64,000 bases of DNA from NCBI GenBank assembly GCA_030324005.1, contig JARDVH010000193.1:25510816-25574815 (forward strand), in the 5' to 3' direction. This document shows, in pieces, positions 51,490 through 62,254 of this stretch. The stretch is from Negaprion brevirostris (lineage: Eukaryota). The notes beneath the pieces are model-generated. The model saw only the letters and a program-made list of their open reading frames with translations. It made no database searches and was not told the origin of the DNA. Numbering within the stretch: the first letter of the stretch is position 1; each line of letters opens with the position of its first letter. The translations under genes were made by a program, and so were the position numbers.

Positions 51490-51900
51490 TCAGAAAGGGA
51501 GAGAGAGGCAAAGAGGGGAAAAAAGGAAAAGCAATAATGGCAGCAGCAGCAAAAAGTGGAACCACAGAGAAGTGGATACACAGAGAGGGGGAAAGGGAGT
51601 GAAATACATAAAGGCACATATATATGTGTGTGTAGGGGAACTGGAATGATTAATAAAAAAATTGCAGGAAGCAAAAGAGACAAAAAACCAGGGTAACAAA
51701 TAGTAACAGTGGAAAAGTAATGAAAAAGAATTTAAAAGTAAGGAACCACCAAGAGAAAGCAATTAGGTGAAGAGACGAGAAAAGCGAATATTGAGTAAAA
51801 TCAAAGACAGAGATGAAAGACTACTAACATTAGATAATAAACAACTGGAAAGGAATAAGACAAAAAGAACAAAATGAAAAATCACTAAAAAGACACACTG
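51490..51900. repeat. Purine-rich low-complexity tract
   Basis: A/G-biased plus strand directly next to the GATA cluster. Confidence 0.55.
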
Positions 51901-53724
51901 TAAACATTATGCAGAACAAATGATCTCAAGTACATTACATTCTTTACTTTCACAATGTAGCTGATACTAGATATTCTTACAGTTGCCACATAAAGTTTGT
52001 TTTAATAAAAAGTTTCCAAACGATCAGCAGCAACTCTCAACGATTAATGTGAAATTATTTTGACAAAAAGGACAGTTAAGGCCAAACATTTTCTTCCAAA
52101 TACACCATTGAATGGCAAGTCATTAACTTAGAAGTTTGCACAAAAACGATGAATACCAGTGCGTTAATCAAAGTTATCCAGCTTGCCAGATAGCACTCAG
52201 CATTAACCTTGCAATTAAAGACAAATACAGTATCTTAACTATAAGGACATCTCAAATACAGCCTTTTGGATCTAGAGGCCAACCTGGATAGAAGAATGCA
52301 TGCGAAAGAGGCCAAGAATATCAAAATACTCTTCAGTTTGTACATTTTACTATAATTACTGTTATTCAAAAAAATACTCAGCACAGAGAGAGGACCGACT
52401 GTTCCAGTAATCTGTGAATAATAGACATTATACAATCACCACTAATTCATATTTCCAAATAGGTACTTATTTTCACATTTTGTTATCTGCTCAATTATGT
52501 AATTTCACTTTTGTAATCATAAGATTCTTTTTCTATTTACTTCTTACTGTCGATCATTATATAATGTACACAGTTGTCAGCAAGATAAACTTAATAAAGT
52601 CCCATTTGAGTTAATTTTACCTCCCACCAAAACCTACATTTCCCAAGTAGATTTTGCATCAGATTTTCTCAGTTATACACAATATCCCCTCGTATCTGCT
52701 ACAGCGCAAGCTGTTCAAATCCAGTTCAAGATCAACTTCTGCCAATAGAGGCTCAATCTTAAAAGACACAATGTACATTTCCATAAAGCATGTCAGTGTC
52801 AGTAGTCAACCCATCACCCAAAACTCTTAAGCTGTTGACTGTTTCCAAATAAGATGATCTGTACACTTTTGTCATCTGTTTAAAATGATGCCGCATTTTA
52901 AGCAGTTTATCAAGTCTCGAGCCTTTAAATTAGAATGATCTTTAAGTGAAGCAGAAGATTGACCAATACACCGGATTATCAATAACAGAAATCTAACAGG
53001 TGATCGGTTTTTCTCATTTGCGGGGTCATTTTTCTTGTAACTTTCACCTGTGAATCTTTTCCAATCACCTTTGGGATCGAGTACAAAAGGAGAATAAAAA
53101 ATACTGATAACAGCAGTGTTAGGGCGACAGTCACTCAAAACACCAGGGCAAATTTTGACAATTCAAAATTCCACATTAAACATTAATTATGAATGCTCAT
53201 GTGATATACAACTGGACATTCTGTCCAAAGACCTGCTACATTTGTCCAGCTGTTAAACCTGGTTGGTGAAAAAAAACAAAGTATATTCTACTGCTTTGAG
53301 CCACTTGTGATGTATCTTTTACACAAATGATCAATAAATTACTAATGTTATGTAATGTTCTACATTTGTTTTCATCCAGTGATGAAATTAACTTAAGAAA
53401 AACTACTACCTGAGTCCTAGCTGCCACAGAGCATCATTGCAAGTCAAAAGAAGGCTACACAGAATCTAATGAAATTAGCAAGCGACAAAAATAGTTTGAG
53501 CCTAATACCAGGTGGTGAAATGATTAAAAAGAAAGCTATCTACAGATGCCTTTCCTGTCTCTCCACAATACAATGAATTCAATGTTACATATAAAGAAAT
53601 CAACGGTATTAATATAATAGCTTAACGATGGCATCGATTACATCAGCAGACTTTCTGGGTTTTTTTGTTTTTTTTAATTTCTTTGTATTTCTATAACCGT
53701 CCCACTCGGTACCTCTCCAGTCTG

Positions 53725-53800
53725 GTATGAACTGATAAGAACTGTTATCGCACTTGGCAATCTATATCAGGACCTAGATCAAGCCTCCGGCTTATCGTGT
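53725..53800. promoter_or_regulatory. Promoter-proximal intronic GATA sites
   Basis: CTGATAAGAACTGTTATCG (inverted GATA pair) and CTTATCG, ~0.45 kb into intron 1. Confidence 0.45.
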
Positions 53801-54029
53801 TTTCTCATCACCCAGTCTACAGTCAAACAAGCTCTACTTTTGTTCAATGTTTCCTTTAGCAGAAAAATAGAGTCGTCATCAGAAAAGAGGGGGCTCTATT
53901 TTTTTTTTAAAAAGTAAAACAAAAGCAAACCCATGCTAAAAGGAGGGGAAATTGAGAATATAGAGAGCTGGCGATTGTTGCTGCGATACAAAAGCACCAG
54001 ATAAGTAAATGATGACCGATTATTTTTAG

Positions 54030-54740
54030 CTTGCACTGGTTCGCTGGCGAGGTCGCCTGTGAAATATATATCCTGTGCCTCCTACTTCTGATCAGAAATA
54101 CGAACACCTGCCTGGAAACGGTGGCTCCGAAGCTGAGAGGAGAGACGCCGCGGCACTGACAGACGGCAGGAGAGTTTGTGAAGTGAGCAGAAGAGCAGGC
54201 AAAGCGACAAACTCACGTTTAATCTGTCGGGGGTTACTCTGTTTCCTCCTGGACATTGTGGCTGCCGGTTGCCTGCCTTGATTAGGGAGGAGGGGGTGGG
54301 TGGGGAGTTGGAGAAAGGGGGTAGGTTTACGGGTAGACAGCCGTGCTTGGCACTCGCAGCATGTCACTGGGGCGAGAGGGAGAGCGCAGCCTGAGCACGG
54401 CACTGAGTGAGCAGAGCCCGGGAGCGGGAGCAGCAGCAGCCGCCGCGGCGCAGCGAGCCATTCACAAGCGGCGCGTAGTAACAACTCACCCGATACACTG
54501 TATCCACTCCGCCGTCTGACGTCACGCCGCCCACCGCCGCCATGGCAACGGGGCAGCCTCGAGCCGTGCGTCAGGACGCAGCTAGGTAAACAAAGGCCGC
54601 GTGACGTCACACGCTCCACCTGTTCTTCCCCCCCACGTGGAATTAAAGAGCCCACCTGAGCAGACGCAGATACACACACACATCAAGCAGCCGGCCAATT
54701 CACCACAGTAAGCATGGAATCTGTGTTTTATGGGCGGGCC
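54030..54740 (-). promoter_or_regulatory. CpG-rich promoter and 5' UTR of ZFPM1
   Basis: Marked rise in GC and CpG relative to the AT-rich window. Motifs: TGACGTCA at 54517-54524 and 54602-54609, GCCGCCATGGCAAC (RFX X-box/YY1-like) 54536-54549, CCACGTGG 54633-54640, CCAAT 54695-54699, GGGCGGG 54732-54738. The exact TSS cannot be determined. Confidence 0.8.
54217..54256 (-). CDS. ZFPM1: ZFPM1/FOG-1 coding exon 1 (MSRRKQSNPRQIK plus first base of Arg), N-terminal NuRD-binding motif
   Basis: Minus strand reads GCCACA-ATG TCC AGG AGG AAA CAG AGT AAC CCC CGA CAG ATT AAA C|GTGAGT: good Kozak context, 40 coding nt, consensus donor in phase 1. MSRRKQSNPRQIKR is the FOG-1 N-terminus; FOG-2 has SKPRQ. 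It sits in a CpG-rich promoter region. Confidence 0.93.
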
Positions 54741-55360
54741 AAATTTTTCACTCAGGTGTCCAGCAGTGCCAAGTTTTTTACTTGGGTAGATCAGGTTTTC
54801 ATTGAAGTGTATTGGCAGTTTTCACTCAGGTCTCCAGGTTTCACTTAAAGTGTTGGAGTTGAGTCAATTTTTCGCAAAGGTGCACAGATAGACCAAGTTT
54901 TCGCGCAGATAGGTCAAGTTTTTGTTCAGATGTACAGGTAGGTCAAGTTTTCACTTGGGTGTACAGATAAGTCAGATTTGGTCGGTCAGGTTTTCACTCA
55001 CGTGTCCAGGTTTCATGAAGGTGTCCAGTTGGGTCAAGTTTTCACTCAGGTATACAAGTAGGTCAAGTTTTCATTCGGGTGCACAAATGGGTCAAGTTTT
55101 CACTTGGGCGTACAGATAGATCAGGTTTTCACTGAAGTGTATTGGTAGGTCAGGTTTTCGCTCAGGTGCACAGATAGATCAGGTTTTCACTGAGATGTAT
55201 TTGGTCGGGCAAGTTTTCACTCAGGTGTCCAGGTTTCACAAAGATGTCTAGTTTGGTCAAGTTTTCACTCAGGTGCACAAGTAGGTTAAATTTTCACTCA
55301 GGTGCACAGATAGTCCAAGTTTTCACTTGGGTGCAAAGTTAGGTCAACTTTTCACTCAGG
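54740..55360. repeat. Degenerate minisatellite, ~29 bp unit (approx. GGTCAAGTTTTCACTCAGGTGCACAGATA), with higher-order duplication
   Basis: About 20 recurring GTTTTCAC(T)-type cores. Segment ~54977-55120 is echoed at ~55201-55348. Confidence 0.9.
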
Positions 55361-55764
55361 AGCAGTAACATCTGTTTCTGTCATTGCAAACTTGACCAAT
55401 CATTACAAAAAAGATGCACATCTAACCACTCATGAGAAAAATACGCAGCTGCTCCATTTGTTTAGTTTGATTTACAAGCTGTCACATTCTTTGTCATCGC
55501 AAATGCAATCTTAACTTTTCTTCGGCAAGTTTTTTTTAAAAACAGCCCCTCACACACGTGGAATTCCATATTTACAACTCTCCAAAACCAGCTACAGTGG
55601 TACTCTTGATCGGGACTGCACATTCTCTCCCTATAAAAGTGGCAGGGACATGTATGCTCCCCCTCTAGGAACTGAGGCACCGACTAGGGAAGCAATGTGT
55701 TGAGGCCCTGCCAATCAATGTGTTGTTCACAGAGGCACTGCCTGCTGGAGTTTTATTGGTTAAA

Positions 55765-55892
55765 TAAAAAGCACATTGCTGATGCTGGAAATCTAAAATA
55801 AAATCTGAAAGTGCTGGAAATATTCAACAGTCTATCACCATCTGTGGAGAAGAAAACAGAGTTAACATTTCGAGTCGAGTATGATTCTTTAA
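55765..55892 (-). mobile_element. Penelope-derived terminal fragment
   Basis: GATGCTGGAAATCT...GTGCTGGAAA...CATCTGTGGAGA...AACAGAGTTAACATTTCGAGTCG. Confidence 0.65.
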
Positions 55893-57782
55893 AAATTTAA
55901 ACACTTCAAATGTTGTACAGCTTTCCAGCAGGGTACTGCTAAACTTTTCCCTGCCTATCCAGCGAAGACTTCGACAAAATGCAGGAATTGAAATTAACAA
56001 TTTGAGCAGGAAACTGTGGATTTTGATGTTTGTCAGCTAAAATTGCAGAAGATTAAACAGGTCAGAGGCCAAGACAGTCTAAGCACCGCTATTTTGTCTG
56101 AATGCACATTGACTTCTAAAATCACTTATACACACATGCTTCAATTGCAGCTGCTAAGCAATTTTCTGTGACCCCTGTAGTACACTGATTTTATATCTGA
56201 GAGAAAATGCAATCAGTGTTCAGGAAAGATCTCTCAGATATTAGATACAACCATCGGCATGATTACCCTTCATATTTAGAAATTGCACTTGAACACTCAG
56301 ACATCAGAGGCAGTACAATGGCACTTATGCTAGCAATTCAATGATGTCTAACTCGTATATGAGTGCCACAGAAAATTACCATGTAGGTAATAGGGTACTA
56401 CACAACCCACAAATAAAGATTGACTTCAGCAATACTGGTAATAAATTGACATTAATTTTTTTAATGTTAAGGTGGCGTATGATCCTCCCAGTTTCACTTT
56501 TCTCGGAATACGCAGGTTCCAGCACCTCATGACTGGGAGATATGGGCTGTATATGAAAATCTTTGTTTTGCACAACCTGTGCATTAAGGCTGGAGAGTGA
56601 TTTAACGTGCTAGAAATTAGTTCACACTGGCTGACCAAGCTGAAAAGATTGATTCTTGCTTCTGAAGAAATAGACCTAAGACTCATCTGTTATTAGGTTT
56701 GATAAATTACACCAGTGAGCTGTAGTTTCCTGCTGGATGTTTCTGAGCAGCTTGTTAGCAAAGATGCCCCCAATATTCTAATGAACCTATGCTTTCTGTC
56801 TGCCATAATGGAGGTATAGGTGTCAAAAATAGGCCATTGAGCCTCAAGCCCAGAGGCCCAGCATACTGATCAGGCAGGACTTTGGAATGATCAAACAGTG
56901 CTTCAGATGACTGGCAAATACCTCATTTATGCCTCTGAAACAATGGCCAAAGTAATAATGTGCTGCATTCTGCAAAACATTATCATTGCTAATATATATC
57001 AATTGATTAAACTTCAGGAACCAGAGCAGAGAAATATGAAGACATCCACGTTTAATGCCATACGGAAAGAAGATGTATGTGAAGCAACAATCATTGGTGC
57101 GTGGCTTATTCCCCTGAGCAGTGGGCATCGTTTATATCTTATTTTGTTTTCTAGAGTACGTCAATCAAATTAATTGAATTGCTCTACAGAGCCAGCAAGG
57201 CCTCTCCATTGGCCACGAATTCTGATGGAGTGGCAATTGAGGTGATTCTATCTTGCCCAACTTACCTATCCAGGCCAGGCAAGATCTGGGCAATACAGAA
57301 TGTTCCTGGGGCCTAGCGCCAAGGCCTGTAGAATAGGTCAAAGCTAGTAAACCTCACCCTTTTTTTTAACAGCACAACTACTGTGAACTAGAGCCTGATT
57401 TCTAGGCCTACTGGGGAGTGCAATCAGTGGTGGCAGGAGCAGAAATCCATTCCCGCCCATGATTGGCTTCTGACATCAATTTTATACTAGCTGACCAATT
57501 AATTGCTAGCCAGCATGAAAAGCCTGCTGAGACACTGTCAGCACTGCTGACAGGGCAGGAAGGGGATCAGCAACAGGACGAAGTAGGGTACAGGTGGGGG
57601 GGAGGGGTTTAAATGAAGTTCTCTGAAGGCTGACAGTTGTTCAACAATCTCAGGGAGCTGTTTGAATATTTAGGGGCCTGACTACTTTTTCCAGTTACTG
57701 TGCTGTCCATAGTGTCAGCAATATGCCATCTGCACCTGCGGCACATGCCAGGTGGGATCGAAAGGCTCAGAGCTAGTCCATC

Positions 57783-57972
57783 CCCTGCTTTTCTGATGAG
57801 TCTCTGCAGGTTCTGCCGAGGCAGTCAGTGCACAGCATGACAACTTGCTGTCGCAAGACAGAAAGAGGAGGTCTGGATAGAGGTGGCAGGTCAGGTCAGC
57901 GGACATGATGTCAAATGAAGGACCTGAATCCAGTGAAGGAAAAAGTTCCATGACCTTCTGTGCTTTGCCACA
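57783..57972 (+). pseudogene. Myb/SANT-like DNA-binding domain pseudo-exon of a PIF/Harbinger transposon
   Basis: Translation across frameshifts: PCFSDESLQVL/EAVSAQHDNLLSQDRKRR/VWIEVAGQVSGHDVK*RT*IQ*RKKFHDLLCFAT, followed by a GTAAGT donor. Confidence 0.75.
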
Positions 57973-58059
57973 GTAAGTGCTAGTTCCGGCTGGAACTGTG
58001 GACAGATGTCTTTGTGGGCATTAGCACTCGCTGGCTGAGCAAGTGAGCGAGGACCTGGC

Positions 58060-58380
58060 AGATGGACAAGTGTGAGGTTATCCACTTTGGCAGGAATAAT
58101 AGTAGGAGGAATTGCTATTTAAAGGGCAAAAAGCTGCAGCATGCTACGGTGCAGAGGGACCTGGGGGTCCTTGTGCATGAGTCGCAAAAACNNNNNNNNN
58201 NNNNNNNNNNNNNNNNNNNNNNNNNNNNNNNNNNNNNNNNNNNNNNNNNNNNNNNNNNNNNNNNNNNNNNNNNNNNNNNNNNNNNNNNNNNGATATGGGG
58301 GTAGAGCCTGGGTGGGATTGTGGTCGGTGCAGACTCGATGGGCCGAAGGGCCTCTTTCTGCACTGTAGAGTTCTATGGTT
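58060..58380 (+). mobile_element. Young CR1 fragment spanning a gap
   Basis: DKCEVIHFGRNNSRRNCYLKGKKLQHATVQRDLGVLVHESQK; 3' tail after the gap. Confidence 0.85.
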
Positions 58381-58984
58381 GATGGGTTGAATGGTCTCCT
58401 TCTCTGGTAACAATCAGATGTGCTGAACAGTATGGCTCAGTTACAAAGTGCCCTCATTAAATGAATCAGCAAAGGGATTATGCTATGTTATTTCCTTATT
58501 TCATTTTAATTAAGGGTGAATATAAACACGGTGCATCCACCAGGAAACTGATTTCATACCAAACCTGAGGTGATTCATTAAAGGTGATTTGCCTTGTGTT
58601 CTCATTTATCTCTGTGTGACCATGATTAAGGTTGTCCTCTGAAAGTTATCATTTGTTTCCAGAAACTAAATTTGCCCACTGGCGTATCCATCATTAAATT
58701 TCCATGGGTAATGCCTCTCTCCCTCTGACTTTTACAAGGAGCTCTGCATTTCAAGCCTTGCTCAGTTTTCCACTGACTGTATTATTATTTTGGGAGACTG
58801 GCGATGCATCCGCAGTTTGTAAATCAATGGGTGATTTATCTTGCGTGCATGGCTGATGGCTTATTTTACACAATTATGTGATGGAGCATGTGACAGATTT
58901 CTGCCTGCACAGTTAGAAATTTGTCTGTCATGCTCCCACCCAACTGTGCAAGGCACAGACGAACTGGAGCCGCAAGGATATTTT

Positions 58985-59300
58985 TTGAAAGAAAGATTTG
59001 CATTTCTATAGACACTTTCATGATCTCAGGAACCCTCCCCACACACCTCCCCGCCCCAAAGTATTCCACACACCATGAGTGCTTTGAAATGTTATTTTGT
59101 AGGGAATCTAGCAGTCAGTTTATTTTGATTTGATTTATTATTGTCACATGTATTGGGATGCAGTGAAAAGTATTGTTTCTTGCAAGCTATGCAGACAAAG
59201 CATGCCGTACACAGAACACATAGGGGAGAAGGAAAGGAGAGAGCGCAGAATGTGGTGTCACAGTCATAGCTAAGGTATAGAGAAAAATCAGCTTTACATA
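58985..59300 (-). mobile_element. Deu-SINE tail fragment followed by a retroposon 3' tail (59122-59300)
   Basis: TTGCATTTCTATAGACACTTT...; then TGATTTGATTTATTATTGTCACATG. Confidence 0.55.
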
Positions 59301-59440
59301 ATTAAGGGTTATGGGGAGCAGGCGGGTAAGTGGAACTGATCCACTTCCGATCAGCCATGATCTTATTGAATGGCGGGGCAGGCTCGAAGGGCTAGATGGC
59401 CTACTCCTGCTCCTATTTCTTATGTTCTTATGTTCTATGG
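59300..59440 (+). mobile_element. Young CR1 3' end
   Basis: TTAAGGGTTATGGGGAGCAGGCGGG...(TATGTTCT)n. 74 bp are identical to 39750-39823. Confidence 0.85.
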
Positions 59441-59646
59441 TGCTCAGCAGCATGAAATGCAGAGTGTAAATTGACTTGTATTCCTGTGCCTCAAAAGATT
59501 ACATGTGGTTAGACTGAGTGGCTGGCATGCATGTAAAATTGAGGCATGGCAGCGTGATGGCACTTGAATCAGTGTCTTTTGTGGGGAAGCTAGTATGTTC
59601 CAGCATTTCGAGGGGGGTTCTTAAGAGTGTCCCTTTGTCCTTGCAG

Positions 59647-59825
59647 GAGAAGAGGAGTCACAATGTGCAGGAACAACGACTGACAGGTGATGATGTCTCA
59701 AATCTTCTGCTGTTGAGTCAGGTAGAAGAGCAAGTACTGAAGATGATATGTGAACATGGAGTCAAGTCTACTGATCAAGGAGAAGAGGCAAAGAGTCCAG
59801 TGAAAAAAGAAAAAATTGAGGGAAG
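59647..59825 (+). pseudogene. Second pseudo-exon of the Harbinger Myb/SANT ORF
   Basis: Acceptor CCCTTTGTCCTTGCAG| then EKRSHNVQEQRLTGDDVSNLLLLSQVEEQVLKMI, resembling the EK.AHN..E...TGGG...LT..EE continuation. Phase 0 matches the upstream donor. Confidence 0.6.
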
Positions 59826-61284
59826 GTATAAGAGATGAAGGACAGTAGTTGTAAGACTGGCATATGAAATCCATTGCTCACCCTTTGGAAGTCTTTGCTC
59901 AGCCAGACGTACATTCTGAGAAGCAACCAGACTGCATGCAGTCTGACTTCATAATGCTGTTTGTGACTGACATTTTTTCTTCGTCTCTCAAATGAAACAT
60001 TTTCTAGACCCCAGGAGGACCCCAAGGATCATTCCTTAACCTGTGATGATGACCTGCAGCCAAATCATCTGCATCACATCTTCCCTCTGCACCAGTGAAG
60101 ATACAGGCACATCAGGCATATGTATTTTGGAGCAGATGGTAGTGCACAGCGGTGAAGGCATGAGGAACTGGTGGAGGAAGAGTGTCCCCACGGCACCGGC
60201 AGTGGGAGGATTGCTGAAGACCAGGACAATGATGAGGCTCTGGAATCATCCATCAGACAGCAAATGCTGGATGTCTAGCAAGATCCATGTAAAGGTCTCA
60301 CAGAGATTCCTGAGGACCTATGTGCCATGGTCTCTATATTGGTGGAGTCATGCAGAGCATGAGCATTGCATCGGCCCACAGCTCTGAATGCACTGTTTCC
60401 ACCATAGCAGAAAGTGATGATTCTCATGGACTGGCTGCCCCAGGAAGTCATGGAGGAATTTCCTCCATGACATTCATATCTGCGTGCCCAAACACTTGCA
60501 GTGACCTCAGCAGGTCACTCAATGTAAAAGATGAATGAGGCACCCCTCCATCTATAGCGAGCAGGGAGGTTCAAACCAATCTCATGTTGCTAGATGACCT
60601 GCAGCTTTATTGATCTGTGGGGTCTTCCCAAGGTCTTCCTGATAATGGCAGCAGCCCCTCTGCCCATCTGCCATTGACCTTCACAACTGAGGATATTGTG
60701 ATGACTGAGCAGTGTCCAGCCATGTTGCTGGACACTCCCACCTAGACAGGCCTGCACAGGCTCTGGCAACCAGAGAACAGCCATCGCTGATGGGGCATCA
60801 GAGTCAGCAGCCTGCCTCCAATCCAGAGAGGGGGGATACCAAGGTGTGGCATTCACAAGTGAAAACTTAAGTCTATGATCACATGAGGGATCGCACGAGT
60901 GATTATTGTTTCTTTGACCACATAATGATGCATGTATATCTCATCTTTCAACATTAAAATGTTGTTAAATCCTATTGGTTTGAGCCTTGGGCTGATGGGG
61001 GTTAGTTTAAGTAAAGCCAGACCTTGTACGTTCGGAGGGTGGGTGGTGGATGATGTGAGTCATCAGGCCTTGGAGAGAGGGGCATGGGTTGGGCTTGTGA
61101 AGAGGAAGGGTTGTCAGGCCGGGTTGGGCCTTAGGGAAATAGGGGACTAGTTGGAGGTTGTGCAGAATCCCATGGGAGGGGTGGAGGTGGAATTCCTTGT
61201 GGGGATGGAGTTGGTAGTTGTGGGTTGGTATAATAGTTAAATTAACCAAAAGCTAGAAGTGGTTTTGATTTTTCTGTTTATAAG

Positions 61285-62110
61285 TCCTAGAGGTCTACAG
61301 CACAGAAATAGCCCTTTGGCCCATCAATATGTGCTGATCAAAAACAACCCTCTAACTATTCTAATCCCATTTTCCAGCACTTGGCCCATAACCTTGTATG
61401 CCTTGGCATCGCAAGTGCACATAATAATAATTCTTAAATGTTTTGAGGGTCTCTGCCTCCACCACCCTNNNNNNNNNNNNNNNNNNNNNNNNNNNNNNNN
61501 NNNNNNNNNNNNNNNNNNNNNNNNNNNNNNNNNNNNNNNNNNNNNNNNNNNNNNNNNNNNNNNNATTCATCATCTTATATGTCTCAATGAGATCTCCCCT
61601 CATTCTTCTAAACTCTAACGAGTACAAGCCTAGTTTATTCGTCCTCTCCTCATAGCTCAACCCCCTCACCTCTGTTATCAGCCTAGTATCCAATCTCTCT
61701 TCATAAATAAAACTCTCCAGCCCAGGCAACATGCTGGTAAAGCTCCAGTTCATCCTTTCCAGTGCTATCACATCCCTCCTATAATATGGATTCCATAACT
61801 GCACACAGTACTCTAGCTGTGGCCTTACCAACATTTTATGCAGTTCCAGCATAACCTCCCTGCTCTTAAACTCGGCTAATAAAGGCAAGTACACCAAATG
61901 CCTTTCTAACCATCTAATCCACCTGTCCACCTACCTTAAGCAGTCAGTGTACATGCACACCAAAGCCCTTCTACTCTTCAATGCTTCTGCTGTTCATCAT
62001 GTATTCCCTGGCCTTGATTGTCCTGCTCAAGTGCATCACCTCGCATTGATCTGGATTGAATTCCACTTACCATCTGACCAGCCAGCTTATATCTTCCCGT
62101 AATCTCCCAC
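61285..62110 (-). mobile_element. CR1/HER1-like LINE 3' region, with a second CR1 piece nested around the gap
   Basis: FKSREVMLELHKMLVRPQLEYCVQLWNPYYRRDVIALER...YEERL. The YEER segment occurs twice, indicating nesting. Confidence 0.9.
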
Positions 62111-62254
62111 AATTGTCCTGCACTGGGAACTGTCTGAAAATTGTGCTTTTATATTGTAAATTTTAGACAGTCCTGATTGTGTCATATCAATAGTTTCCCG
62201 TATTCAAAGAAACAGCGAGCAGAGCTGGGAGTTCAGATTCAAACAGCCAGTAGA

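Larger units (their letters stand above)
7311..54216 (-). other. ZFPM1: ZFPM1 intron 1 (~46.9 kb including assembly gaps)
   Basis: GT...AG bounded between the two exons with matching phase. No other convincing host coding exon was seen in between. Confidence 0.8.

Noticed and set aside
54217-54256. Assignment to ZFPM2, SALL or BCL11 (which share MSRRKQ)
   Set aside because: SNPRQIKRS matches FOG-1. FOG-2 has SKPRQIKRP, and SALL/BCL11 continue with KPQH- or NPQH-type sequence.
54092-54679. 195-aa ORF containing MSRRKQSNPRQIKR as a single-exon protein or N-terminal extension
   Set aside because: It starts at a non-ATG codon, runs through GC-rich promoter and UTR where stops are rare, and reads past the GTGAGT donor into the intron. 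Only 54217-54256 is supported.
54740-55360. CRISPR-like array
   Set aside because: Vertebrate DNA, the units are degenerate and contiguous without unique spacers, and there are no cas genes.
177-61565. ORFs containing X runs across N gaps
   Set aside because: They appear open only because Ns hide stops. The gaps mostly coincide with young repeats or G runs.
61361-61930. 189-aa ORF as a host gene
   Set aside because: It is CR1 ORF2 C-terminus, a chimera of nested copies spanning a gap.
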